Virus record (IMG/VR): IMGVR_UViG_3300022539_000610
Coordinates: 50,032-114,031 of that record
Origin: a virus
DNA length: 64,000 nt
Strand: one strand, 5' to 3'
Positions 1-9,895 of the stretch are shown piece by piece (the stretch's first letter is position 1; every line of letters begins with the position of its first letter). The notes under the pieces are model-generated. The model was not told the DNA's origin. It did not search any database and worked only from the letters and a program-made list of their open reading frames with translations. The position numbers and the translations under genes are program-made.

Positions 1-269
1 GCATGCAACAAAGAAATACATGTATAGCTAGGCACAATCACATCAAATCTCTCATCTACACCGAGTGCAATTAATGAAAGATGTAATGCAGACATTCCAG
101 TATTCACAGCAACAGCGTACTTCCGACTAACATAGCTACACATCTCGTATTCAAATTGGCGAACCTTACTGCCCCATCCAAGATATTCACTTTGAATAAC
201 AGCCTCAACTGATTCCATTTCAGCTTGGGCTAAAGTAGGACGTGAATGGGGTATTATTTTATCACCCAT
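1..269 (-). CDS. DegT/DnrJ/EryC1/StrS sugar aminotransferase, N-terminal part (runs off the window)
   Basis: Manual translation from ATG 269: MGDKIIPHSRPTL...GSKVRQFEYEMCSYVSRKYAVAVNTGMSALHLSLIALGV...VIVPSYTC, a typical DegT N-terminus. Not in the ORF track. Confidence 0.9.
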   Translation of the reverse strand, partial: MGDKIIPHSRPTLAQAEMESVEAVIQSEYLGWGSKVRQFEYEMCSYVSRKYAVAVNTGMSALHLSLIALGVDERFDVIVPSYTCISLLH

Positions 270-853
270 CTAACCACCTCGAAAGCTTCGGCATATCTAA
301 TTCCAATTTGCATTCCTCTATTAATTGCTAAACTTCTTATACACTCTTCTGATAAATATCGCTTTCCTTGCTGAGAACTATAACACAATACGGCCTCTAC
401 CTTTTTTACAAGATGCCGTTCCTCAATAGGCACAAATGCTCCAGCATTGAATATATAATTATTGTAAGGAACCTCATATCCTAAAATGCTCGCTTTTTTA
501 AAGGCCCTAAAACCCTCCTGAGAAACTACTTGATGATCTTGATGTGTATCATAAGTAGATGGTAAGAGAACTAAATCTGGCTTGATGTCCTCTTCCAACT
601 TAGTCATATTATCCAATATCTTTTGACGATGAATGGGGAAGTTTCTTACTTCGTATGTAAACAAAATCAAGTCAGCCCCTAAAACTTTCATAGCCTTCTT
701 TACTTCCTCTCTCAAAATATAATGCGGGGAGCCAGCAGGGAATGAAAACCCCACATAGGTAACTTGGTCATTTCTTTCCATAAATTTAAAGATTGTCCCT
801 CCACAGCTAATTTCTCCATCATCAGTATGTGGGGCTAAAACAAGTACCTTCAT
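254..853 (-). CDS. PIG-L/LmbE family deacetylase
   Basis: VLAPHTDDGEISCGG, DTHQDHQVV and YAEAFE motifs; likely start MKVLVL at 853. Confidence 0.9.
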   Translation of the reverse strand: MKVLVLAPHTDDGEISCGGTIFKFMERNDQVTYVGFSFPAGSPHYILREEVKKAMKVLGADLILFTYEVRNFPIHRQKILDNMTKLEEDIKPDLVLLPSTYDTHQDHQVVSQEGFRAFKKASILGYEVPYNNYIFNAGAFVPIEERHLVKKVEAVLCYSSQQGKRYLSEECIRSLAINRGMQIGIRYAEAFEVVRWVIK

Positions 854-1401
854 TTTCTCACTCCATATCCCAGCCAAAAACAAGAAGATTTTTGTCGGGG
901 AATCTTAATAACTTTATCAAAAGCCACTACTGTTCTATAACGTCGAATGACATCCTTAACTGTTTTGAACTTCCTAACATGTCCTCTTCCTCCCGCATTG
1001 GGTACAGATAATATAACTAATTTCCCTACTGGTATTGCATTAAGTATAGCAATATCCTGTATGAGATGTTCAAGAACTTCTAAGATAACAAAAGCATCAT
1101 ATTTAATAAATTCCTTTTGTACCCTCTTATCATAAAGACTTCCCACAGTAAATGTAAATTCAGGAACTGCCTTTTTAGCTATTCCTACAAGAACTCCAGC
1201 AAAATCTATTCCCCAGTAGGTCTTATATTTCTTCGCATGTAAAATTCTAGCCATATGTCCAGGGCCACAACCTAAGTCTGCTATAGCAGCACTTGATGGA
1301 AGAAGACTTGCCACCATATCATACATCTTTCTCCAGTAAGGATTGAGGGTTAAGTCTTTCGGTATATCAGCATTATAGTATCCTGGTCCTTCTTCTTTCA
1401 T
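850..1401 (-). CDS. class I SAM-dependent methyltransferase
   Basis: IADLGCGPG, GIDF, LEVLEHL, LSVPN. Confidence 0.9.
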   Translation of the reverse strand: MKEEGPGYYNADIPKDLTLNPYWRKMYDMVASLLPSSAAIADLGCGPGHMARILHAKKYKTYWGIDFAGVLVGIAKKAVPEFTFTVGSLYDKRVQKEFIKYDAFVILEVLEHLIQDIAILNAIPVGKLVILSVPNAGGRGHVRKFKTVKDVIRRYRTVVAFDKVIKIPRQKSSCFWLGYGVRK

Positions 1402-1424
1402 TTCTTATTCGCCTTTGTAAACAT

Positions 1425-2045
1425 TTACCATACGTACCCAAACTTTTCAAGTTCTTCACCCATCCACTTTTTAGCTATATCAACTTGGTTTTCATCCCAT
1501 TCTGTCCAGTGAGGAAACCAGAGGTTCTTTGTTAGATGATCATGGGGTAAAGTTATTTCGTTGTACTTCAGTCCCAACTTTTCTACAAACCAACCAATAG
1601 GCCCTTTGATCAAATCTTCGAGCCTAACTATCTCAGAAGGGCATTTAGATATCGTTCTTTGCCCCAGTGCCCATAGCTTACAAATCTCTGAAAACTGATT
1701 TTTGTCTTTCTTGAACCATGGTCTTCCCATTCCAGACCTTACATAGTCTCGTCCATCCCTAACAAGATGCACTATGGTACAATCAGGATAATCCTCAGTC
1801 AAATCTTCTAAATGACAACGAGTACAAACAGAGCACTCGACATAGTGATAGCCTGCGTCTAAGGTAGCTGTTATCAAATTCAAGCGCCTCTTCTTTACTT
1901 CTTTTAAACTTTCAAGATACTTTTTACATATATAATTTTCCTCATGCATATCATGGAAGGCTTGCACTTCAAACACCTCTCCTAAAGCCGTAGCTAATGA
2001 TTGTGATCCAGACCTTCCTGAAGAAGCAATGAATATAATTTTCAT
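1425..2045 (-). CDS. sulfotransferase-like P-loop protein
   Basis: SSGRSGSQSL (5'-PSB-like), VHLVRDGRDYVRS, VRLEDL, C-terminal LEKFGY. Confidence 0.8.
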   Translation of the reverse strand: MKIIFIASSGRSGSQSLATALGEVFEVQAFHDMHEENYICKKYLESLKEVKKRRLNLITATLDAGYHYVECSVCTRCHLEDLTEDYPDCTIVHLVRDGRDYVRSGMGRPWFKKDKNQFSEICKLWALGQRTISKCPSEIVRLEDLIKGPIGWFVEKLGLKYNEITLPHDHLTKNLWFPHWTEWDENQVDIAKKWMGEELEKFGYVW

Positions 2046-2049
2046 ATTT

Positions 2050-2982
2050 CTATTTTCTCCCCCCTTTCTTCTTTTGTCCTTCTGGCCCTATCTTCTCCAT
2101 CCTATTCCACTCCACTTGGCCCTCCTCAGAAGCTAAGGCATTTTTGTAATGTTCTTTTATCTCGTAGCCTGATCCATGGTAGTATTCATCAGGATGTCTA
2201 GTATAACCTCCTCGCATTCTCAAACTTTCAAATTTACTTATCTTTGCATACGCACCATCATTCCTTCCTCGTCTACCTCGACCACTAAGTACCTGCTTGT
2301 AGTACTCCTCATATTCGGGATTTGCAAATTCAGCGTCTTGTTCTAAAATACAAGGTTTCCCTAGCTCCACATACTTCAAACCTAATTTGCGCAGCCTAAT
2401 ACAGAGGTATGAGTAAATACTTCCTACTTTCTTCCCTGTACCTATACTCCAGGGACTACGATGACCAGTCAAAAATTGAATATTATACTCATCAACAAGT
2501 TCTTTCTTAATAGCTAGGCCCCCACCAAATGGGATGTTCTTTCTCCATTTCTTTTCTACCAGTACACAACCACCTCTTTCTGTCTCTAAAGAATTTTCCT
2601 TCACAAAGCCCGGCATGCGAAGGACACAAAAAATATAATCAGGACAAACCTCACTACTAACTACGAGCTTGAAGTTATCGAACCAGCCTTCCATACAGAA
2701 ATGATCATTACTAAGCACTAACAACCAATTTGCTTTAGGATTCGCCAACTTCCAAGCATCGTTGATAGCAAGCCCTAAATTATTATAGTGATCTAACACA
2801 AGATGATCGACAACATTTGCTGCACGATATTCTTTTAACATTTCGACTGTGCCATCAGTGGAGCCATTATCAACCACAATAAACTCATGTTCCCCTCTCG
2901 GAGCCCCCTCATGAACAGAGTCAATACAAAATTTAGAAAACTTTTTCCTGTTATAAGTTGTTAAACTTATGGATACGAACAT
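2050..2982 (-). CDS. glycosyltransferase family 2
   Basis: VSISLTTYNR, FIVVDNGSTDGT. Confidence 0.9.
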   Translation of the reverse strand: MFVSISLTTYNRKKFSKFCIDSVHEGAPRGEHEFIVVDNGSTDGTVEMLKEYRAANVVDHLVLDHYNNLGLAINDAWKLANPKANWLLVLSNDHFCMEGWFDNFKLVVSSEVCPDYIFCVLRMPGFVKENSLETERGGCVLVEKKWRKNIPFGGGLAIKKELVDEYNIQFLTGHRSPWSIGTGKKVGSIYSYLCIRLRKLGLKYVELGKPCILEQDAEFANPEYEEYYKQVLSGRGRRGRNDGAYAKISKFESLRMRGGYTRHPDEYYHGSGYEIKEHYKNALASEEGQVEWNRMEKIGPEGQKKKGGRK

Positions 2983-3022
2983 AGCAGCCCCTTACCTCCA
3001 TCATTGCATCTTTAAATCCCAG

Positions 3023-3640
3023 TCATGGCATTTCAGCCCTCTTAAGAATCTTAGGCCACAAATCCCCTGCTTTGCCGCACCGACTTCCCAACCAAGTCTT
3101 TTGACCTTTTGCAGATTGATCAAGGGTACCAAACTTTTCAACTCTCCAATTATCATGACCAGGTTTCTCTATTTTCCAATCCTTACCATAATGTGTTTCC
3201 ATATATTCCTCAAGATGGTTGGGCATTGGATACACGCTACCCAGAAACTTCACTAGTTGAGGTTCCTCATACCATCTAACCCTCTCTACAAATTTCAGTC
3301 CAGGAGTCGAGCGTGGGAAGGATTCATAATACTCACCATTCTTGCGAAAAAACCACATATTAAGTTTAGAAAGCCTTCTCCCCCATGCAAAATAACTCCC
3401 GGGTCTCTTTATTTTAAAACCACATGTTCGTAAGGATTCATAAAGTTGTATCCGTCGTTTAGCAGAAACCTCAATGAAAATCCCCATGTCCACATCTGTA
3501 TCCCACGGCACAATTGCCTTATTTCTAACATAACCTAGTACAATACCATCTATGACCACCCAGGGAATTCCAACATTATCAAAAGCAGTTTTACAAGCCG
3601 CTAAATCTAATGCTATATTTTGAGACCTCGACTTTTTCAC
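3023..3640 (-). CDS. LicD family phosphotransferase
   Basis: GIVLGYVRNKAIVPWDTDVDMG and EEYMETHYGKDWK, the LicD/fukutin signature. Confidence 0.85.
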   Translation of the reverse strand: MKKSRSQNIALDLAACKTAFDNVGIPWVVIDGIVLGYVRNKAIVPWDTDVDMGIFIEVSAKRRIQLYESLRTCGFKIKRPGSYFAWGRRLSKLNMWFFRKNGEYYESFPRSTPGLKFVERVRWYEEPQLVKFLGSVYPMPNHLEEYMETHYGKDWKIEKPGHDNWRVEKFGTLDQSAKGQKTWLGSRCGKAGDLWPKILKRAEMP

Positions 3641-4596
3641 AACCCGAACACCTCCTTTAATCGAAGACCTACAGCCTTTAACCCATGTGTAGTTGCTGCC
3701 CAGTCTCTCGTGAGATGTTTTAATTCGATCAAGTTATTCTTAGACATAGATAATAATTTGTCCATAACTTTAACAAGCTCTTCTTCAGTATTTGCCACTT
3801 GTAAGGAGTGACCCCCATATACTTGTTTATATCGTTCCTCACCAAACTTGAAATTGGTTATCACAATATCACCTAACGCTGCTGCTTCCAATGCAGCGAT
3901 ACTCCAATCATGCTTATTTACACTGATAGAGGCATTATTTAACGATTCTATGTAAATATCACATTCGTTCACCCTCTTCAGATTCTCAACCCATCCAACC
4001 CCATCTTTAGAAAACCTATATTGCACCTTATTCTTATATCTTTTCATGACCTTGTTTATTATGTATGAACCTTTAAGCGTAAGATCTTTCCCACTGCCTC
4101 CACTCAAGTCGACCACCTCTTTCCCATGGGCATCTGGAGCACTGGGAAAGTGCCCCACTATCACTTTGCTGCCCACCGAAAAATCAGGTTCCATATCTCC
4201 TATATAAGCAGCCGGAAGCATCCATACCTCATTTCTAGCACCTAATCCAAGCATCTCTGCTGTTTGAATAAGAGAAACGCTCATATATCTAAACGCTTTA
4301 TTTGCCTTTCCAGAGTGCAAACGATACCTAGTTCCCCCATGAAACACCACTCTTTTCTTCCCTGAAAGACTAATAGTTAATGGTATTTGCTTTGAATGCA
4401 TCCACACTATCACATCAGCCCGTTCTACCATTCTCTCAAGTTCTCTACGATTTTTGTATATAATTGCCCGGCAAGAAGGACTGTACGAGGTAGGCCTTTT
4501 AGAAACTGCTTGGGCTTCTACTCCTACTTCATTTAAACACTTAGCAAAGATTGCTCCTACAGCTGCATAATCACGAACACTTAAAAATAGCACCAT
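3637..4596 (-). CDS. glycosyltransferase (GT-B, GT4-like)
   Basis: VGHFPS...KGSYII, ECDIYIE, IAALEAAALG. Confidence 0.7.
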   Translation of the reverse strand: MVLFLSVRDYAAVGAIFAKCLNEVGVEAQAVSKRPTSYSPSCRAIIYKNRRELERMVERADVIVWMHSKQIPLTISLSGKKRVVFHGGTRYRLHSGKANKAFRYMSVSLIQTAEMLGLGARNEVWMLPAAYIGDMEPDFSVGSKVIVGHFPSAPDAHGKEVVDLSGGSGKDLTLKGSYIINKVMKRYKNKVQYRFSKDGVGWVENLKRVNECDIYIESLNNASISVNKHDWSIAALEAAALGDIVITNFKFGEERYKQVYGGHSLQVANTEEELVKVMDKLLSMSKNNLIELKHLTRDWAATTHGLKAVGLRLKEVFGL

Positions 4597-4617
4597 AGTT
4601 GATTCCCTTTAGTCTAT

Positions 4618-5775
4618 TCACACGCTTATTTTAACCTCACTTTTAACCAAATGTTCGCAAATGGCCGCTTTAACATATTCACACATTGAATTACAGCACC
4701 CACTAATTATGTAATGCTTTTTTGTAGGGACGGGCATACGTTTAAACGTCTTAGCCCACCATGAAACCTTAACCTTATGTGTTATATTTTCTGTAACGGC
4801 ACCACTAACTCTGAAGAACTCCCCTGGCCGACCAGAGTGCCTCCCAAGTTTTAATAGTCCAGGATCTATAAGTTCCATTAGTTGTACTTTAAGACGACCT
4901 TTCCCTTTTTTACTCATAACAAAATTCATCATTGTATCCATTACATCAAGTGAAGTAAACGGGACGATTATTGCCCCAAACTCATTTTTGATGTCTAAAG
5001 AACCAGAAAAATAATTACGAAGCAAATTCCCCACACTCCAATTCCTAAGAAAAGTTTCATCAAAGCGAGTAGCAGTCACAAATTGGATGTCACTAAGTTT
5101 CAATCTCAGATTTTTAACTATATTTTCGATTGTTGCATAGATTAACATCTCACTTACAATACATCGACTCACTTCACTCCAATGTGCTCCTATGTAATCA
5201 AAATCTAATACATCAGCAAAATAATCCCTAGGCCTATCTTGCACACTTACTATACTTTTCTTAGACCAATCCATGTAATCTGCAATTTTTAAAAACTCAT
5301 CGACTTCTGGCTCGATACAAATATAGTAAATTTCTCCCTTTAAACCAAGCTTTTTTATAATACCTGAAATAACTCTACTATCATATCCAGAACTATGAGG
5401 CATCACATGGACTTTAGAATCATCCCAATATTCCACCAAATAATTACAAATATCCTTGTAGACTCGCCCGGCCAAAGAGCCCCCGGGCTTAGGGCAGGAA
5501 GGGGATTCAAGCATAGTATAAAGCCTAGGATGTAGCTCCGGCAGTACAGCACTGATTTCATTAAACATTGTAGCTTGGGAATAAGTTTCTACAGAATTTT
5601 GATCTAAAGAGCCTTCGAGTACATTTCTTTTAGGCCACCCCGTCCAATTTCTCGAAATGTAGGTTTTATTAATTGAGACTTCACCTATACTTTTAGCTGC
5701 TTCTTGAATCGACTTAAATACTTCCTGCCCAGCCTTGTAGTGAGCCATTGCATATGGTATCTGAGGTAATATCAC
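4618..5775 (-). CDS. asparagine-synthase-like (PP-loop) amidotransferase
   Basis: HSSGYDSRVISGII PP-loop (SGGxDS variant) and IIVPFTS; lies in the glycan cluster. Confidence 0.55.
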   Translation of the reverse strand: MILPQIPYAMAHYKAGQEVFKSIQEAAKSIGEVSINKTYISRNWTGWPKRNVLEGSLDQNSVETYSQATMFNEISAVLPELHPRLYTMLESPSCPKPGGSLAGRVYKDICNYLVEYWDDSKVHVMPHSSGYDSRVISGIIKKLGLKGEIYYICIEPEVDEFLKIADYMDWSKKSIVSVQDRPRDYFADVLDFDYIGAHWSEVSRCIVSEMLIYATIENIVKNLRLKLSDIQFVTATRFDETFLRNWSVGNLLRNYFSGSLDIKNEFGAIIVPFTSLDVMDTMMNFVMSKKGKGRLKVQLMELIDPGLLKLGRHSGRPGEFFRVSGAVTENITHKVKVSWWAKTFKRMPVPTKKHYIISGCCNSMCEYVKAAICEHLVKSEVKISV

Positions 5776-6311
5776 TTCAACTCCTTTACAACGAGTTCTC
5801 CTGCTCCCCCACTATCGTAGATATCATAGTTTAATTTTGCCTGCTGAAAAACCTCATTTGGAGAATTTCCAGTAACGTTACATCTTTTTTCTAATTGAGA
5901 CTTGATTTCATCTGCATCAAGTCTCAAACCAATATCTTTAGCTGGGTTCCCTACGACAACATGAAACGGTTCTACATTCTTAACAACAACTGCTCCCATA
6001 CCCACTATAGCAAAGTCCCCTATAGTCACTCCACCCTTAATCAAAGCCCACCAACCAATCCAAACATTGTCACAAATAACAATGGGCTTTGTTCTTTCAT
6101 CACAAGCACTACCTATAAGTTTGCTACCATATTTAGTTTGAAGACAAACTCTATAGCTGATCCGACAATGTTTACCAATTGTGATGTTCGCTCCAACTGC
6201 TCGAAGCCATGAATCAGGGTTTATATAAGTACCAGTTCCAACTCTCACTTTACCACCGTGACGCTCGAAAATGTACGCTTCAATTGATTTCGGGAATCTA
6301 CTTTTTCCCAT
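5772..6311 (-). CDS. hexapeptide-repeat O-acyltransferase
   Basis: PIVICDNVWIGWWALIKGGVTIGDFAIVGMGAVVVKNV...VGNPAK. Confidence 0.9.
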   Translation of the reverse strand: MGKSRFPKSIEAYIFERHGGKVRVGTGTYINPDSWLRAVGANITIGKHCRISYRVCLQTKYGSKLIGSACDERTKPIVICDNVWIGWWALIKGGVTIGDFAIVGMGAVVVKNVEPFHVVVGNPAKDIGLRLDADEIKSQLEKRCNVTGNSPNEVFQQAKLNYDIYDSGGAGELVVKELK

Positions 6312-6312
6312 A

Positions 6313-7530
6313 TCAAAACCTTGCTAAATAATCGTTAGGGTTATCAGACTTTTTGCTATGCATCTTAAGTATTGATCCCCTATGATATGACTTGATACCT
6401 TTTGATCCAATCAAATCATTCTTAACACAATAATCATACATACCCGTCCCAGGGAATGGATAAAACCATGTCACTTGCCGAATCCCTGGGGATATTATCC
6501 GATTTATCTCCACTGTAGATTTGCAAAGCTCATCGTCATTAACAAAAGGCCACCCTATCACGTTGAATGAAGTAGTTGAAATCCCCGCAGCCCTCAACAA
6601 CTTGAATGCATTTATAATCTGCTCATTCGTCATACTTCGCCTAAGATGTTTCTTTCTAAAGTTTTCATCCCCACATTCTATCCCCAGCGCTACGTATCTA
6701 CAATCAGTGCTCTTCATAAAGTTCACAAGATCAGCATTAATATATTCAACTCGTCCCATACAACCATAAGGCCTGCCTACTTCTTCCTTTATAGCAGAAA
6801 ATAACCTTTTCACATAATCCAAATCCGTAAACATCATATCATCGCCAAAATAAAACAATTTGAATTCAAACTTGGTTTTCAAATATTTAAGTTCTTCGAT
6901 AACCTGATTGACCGGCCTACTTCTAACATAGCCACTCTTATATAGCTTCAAATACACTCCATTGCAGCAATATGGACAGTTAAATGGACAGCCTCGGGTA
7001 GCATTTACATAGATGTACTTTCCGGCAACCTTGTAAGGAAAAATACCCCATGGAAATCTAGGAAGTGTAGATAAATCCTCTGGAGGTCTGATCGGATTTG
7101 TATACACCTTTCCATCACTACGATAAATTAAGTTAGGTACTTCAAACAAAGAATCTTTTCCATAACTTACCAAAAACTCCTTGACGAACGATTCACCTTC
7201 TCCCACACAAACATAATCAATATATGGAAACTGCTCTAAAATTTGCAACTTCATTATTGTAGGATGAACTCCCCCAACCAAAACAGGAATATCACAACTA
7301 GCTTTAACTCCCTTAATAATACTAATCGCCTGAGACCAAAGAGTAGTCATACTTGATACCATTAAGATGTCAAAACTCCCCCCAACAATTTTTCTGATCA
7401 CCGCAGCTGGTTTAATACCTCTAGTATCGTAAAACTTTACTCTATGCTCTTTAGGGATCGAAGACACAATATAACCCGCCCCTCTACCAATATTCTTAGC
7501 TGTACTTGTATGCACAAAAGCTATATTCAT
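6313..7530 (-). CDS. B12-binding radical SAM enzyme (class B methylase-like)
   Basis: VGGVHPT, GEGE, TRGCPFNCPYC (CxxxCxxC), GIECG, PFPGT. Confidence 0.92.
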   Translation of the reverse strand: MNIAFVHTSTAKNIGRGAGYIVSSIPKEHRVKFYDTRGIKPAAVIRKIVGGSFDILMVSSMTTLWSQAISIIKGVKASCDIPVLVGGVHPTIMKLQILEQFPYIDYVCVGEGESFVKEFLVSYGKDSLFEVPNLIYRSDGKVYTNPIRPPEDLSTLPRFPWGIFPYKVAGKYIYVNATRGCPFNCPYCCNGVYLKLYKSGYVRSRPVNQVIEELKYLKTKFEFKLFYFGDDMMFTDLDYVKRLFSAIKEEVGRPYGCMGRVEYINADLVNFMKSTDCRYVALGIECGDENFRKKHLRRSMTNEQIINAFKLLRAAGISTTSFNVIGWPFVNDDELCKSTVEINRIISPGIRQVTWFYPFPGTGMYDYCVKNDLIGSKGIKSYHRGSILKMHSKKSDNPNDYLARF

Positions 7531-7531
7531 C

Positions 7532-8671
7532 TTATTCCCCTTGTTGTATCCGTAAAGTATACATTAATAAAACTATCATTAGAGAACAACCTGCCCATGC
7601 TCCGAATACTACTCCCCAACTGATGTCAATAAGTGTTGGCATGATTACCCCAGTCAACATAGCACCGATATACCCTACTCCATCTATAAACCCTGTTGCT
7701 GATGCTACTGTCTGTTTCTCTATATTTCTACCTGGGACTGTGGTTACTAAAAATACATGTGGCCCATACAAAAAGAATCCACTCATTACAAGCAATGCGG
7801 TTAAAGTAATCCCTTTCGAAACCGAACATAACAGAATAATAATCGCAAGAATCACCATATAGATAGAAGTCAAAGTCTCACGGGCAAAACGATCTGAGAG
7901 CCAATTATAGACTAAAGTTCCTAAACAACCTGCTATAGGGATTAGAAAGATCTTCAACCCAACTTTATCAATCGACTGACTATGAATTTGGTATAGATAT
8001 ACTGGAATCCATACTATTACGCCATAACGTACAAAATTAAGGATTCCTAAAGCTACTCCTGACACAATAGTATTCCTAGTTAATGTCCCCTTTATTTGTC
8101 CTAAAGGACTACGCGATGATACGCTTATATAAGGTCTACTAATTATTAAAGTAATACCTCTTACTGCCATTATAATAGCAGCACCCCAAAAACCCCACTC
8201 CCAACCAAAATTGTGAATTACAAAACCAGTCACAAGCCAAGCTACTGAATTGCCAACCTGGTATGATGTGCCCAAAATACAAGTGGCATTATCTGATTTA
8301 TGCAGAGCAGCAGTAGCCCGTACACAAGAGGACCATCCCATTGATTGGAAAAAACCATCAAATACCTCTCCAAGAAATAGTAAAAAGAAGAACCCTCCAG
8401 CAAAACCAAGAAAAGTATTCATAACTGCTGAGAGAATTAAACCCACACCTATGTAGGTAAAAGGGTTAAATCTTTCAGAATAATGGCCGTGAATAAATTG
8501 CCCTGCTGCGTATGCTAATAGGAATCCACTTACTACACCTCCAAGTTGTCCTTTTGTCATACCCATTGTTGCTATAAGAATTGGTATGATTAAAGATAAA
8601 TTCACTTTTCCAAAATAAGACAGTGCATAAGATGTCCATAAATTTATGAACTGCTTGTTAAAAATTTTCAT
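7532..8671 (-). CDS. MFS transporter, organophosphate:Pi antiporter (GlpT/UhpT)-like
   Basis: About 12 hydrophobic segments; YALSYFGKVNLS, AYAAGQF, GFFQSMGW, WLSDRF, GFFLYGP, ATGFIDGVGYIG. Confidence 0.85.
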   Translation of the reverse strand: MKIFNKQFINLWTSYALSYFGKVNLSLIIPILIATMGMTKGQLGGVVSGFLLAYAAGQFIHGHYSERFNPFTYIGVGLILSAVMNTFLGFAGGFFFLLFLGEVFDGFFQSMGWSSCVRATAALHKSDNATCILGTSYQVGNSVAWLVTGFVIHNFGWEWGFWGAAIIMAVRGITLIISRPYISVSSRSPLGQIKGTLTRNTIVSGVALGILNFVRYGVIVWIPVYLYQIHSQSIDKVGLKIFLIPIAGCLGTLVYNWLSDRFARETLTSIYMVILAIIILLCSVSKGITLTALLVMSGFFLYGPHVFLVTTVPGRNIEKQTVASATGFIDGVGYIGAMLTGVIMPTLIDISWGVVFGAWAGCSLMIVLLMYTLRIQQGE

Positions 8672-9068
8672 GTTTAATCTCCTCTTTAATTTTGGTTGAA
8701 GATTGTCCCTGGTAGTATGGCATTACTACCATCCGTCCACCTAGGGCTTTCATTAACGATTTACCATGAGCACGAAGTTTTTCGCTGTGGCTCGTACTCT
8801 CCATTAAAATATCTGCACCTACCATCTTAATATTATCATGTGGTGCATACTTCTCCTGTGGGATAGCCAAATCAACGCACTCTAACGCACTAATCAATGC
8901 TAATCGTTCCGTAAAGGGAATAACAGGACGGGGTTTCTTTTCCATCACTGCCTCGTCCGTGAGAACCCCAACAATTAACTTATCGCCTAATGCTTTAGCA
9001 TTAAGCAGATGCCTTAAATGTCCGTAGTGCAGAATATCCCCAACTATATAAGCGTAGACAATAATCAT
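8658..9068 (-). CDS. cytidylyltransferase (TagD/RfaE-like HxGH family)
   Basis: GDILHYGH, LIVGVLTDE, ER, QSSTKIKEEI; likely start MIIVYA. Confidence 0.9.
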   Translation of the reverse strand: MIIVYAYIVGDILHYGHLRHLLNAKALGDKLIVGVLTDEAVMEKKPRPVIPFTERLALISALECVDLAIPQEKYAPHDNIKMVGADILMESTSHSEKLRAHGKSLMKALGGRMVVMPYYQGQSSTKIKEEIKHENF

Positions 9069-9105
9069 ATCAATATGCCTCCTCTCTCTTGCCATTCCTT
9101 AATCT

Positions 9106-9894
9106 TCACTTTTTCCCTATTCCTCGTTTATGTTCTGGAAGATATTTCTTCAATGCAGCTACTCGGTCCAAAATCTCCGATGGTATATTGGCTTTCCAAT
9201 CAAATGGGACATCTCTCCATTTATTGTGGCCATCTCGTATCCATCCCGTCCTTGCTAAGGTGCAGTTGTTGAAACCATCAGTATTAAATGCATGCTTCCA
9301 ATTCTCATGATCAACATGCTCAACAAGCGGATGTCCTAGTACCCGAACATATGATTTTAAAAACCATTGATCACAAACTCGTCTTCGCCCTCCACCATCT
9401 TGAACCTGCCGAGCAACACTTAATTTAACACCTCGACCAGAGCCCTTCGTCCCATTAAGAGCCATCTTTGCAATCCCGGAACCAATCTCATAAAATATAG
9501 TACGAGGCCTACATGTAAACCAATCAATCTTAGGATCTTGAAAAGCTTTGTGTTGATCCCTTAGTATAAATGGAGATGAGTAATAATCCGCCGATTGAAA
9601 CATAACTACCTTAGATTCCTCACTACAATTGTTAATCAATAAAACCATCTTGTCTGCAAGAGGAATCCAATTCTCAACAGGTACATAGGTGATTTTAACG
9701 CAGCCCACTTGCTTTAATCGATCAGCATAATGCATAGCGGCATCTTGACCAAACATCTCAGGGTCATCCTGCTCTTCAGCACATACCAACTCCCATTCAA
9801 AATCAATCCCTTGCTGTCTACAAAGAGATTCAAGGGCTAACCAAGCAATATACTTTGCCCGAAATAATGGCATTCGAACGCTATGTTCAATCAT
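9106..9894 (-). CDS. putative GT2-like glycosyltransferase
   Basis: SVRMPLFRA...LESLCRQ...WELVC, ADYYS; glycan-cluster context. Confidence 0.5.
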   Translation of the reverse strand: MIEHSVRMPLFRAKYIAWLALESLCRQQGIDFEWELVCAEEQDDPEMFGQDAAMHYADRLKQVGCVKITYVPVENWIPLADKMVLLINNCSEESKVVMFQSADYYSSPFILRDQHKAFQDPKIDWFTCRPRTIFYEIGSGIAKMALNGTKGSGRGVKLSVARQVQDGGGRRRVCDQWFLKSYVRVLGHPLVEHVDHENWKHAFNTDGFNNCTLARTGWIRDGHNKWRDVPFDWKANIPSEILDRVAALKKYLPEHKRGIGKK

Positions 9895-9895
9895 C

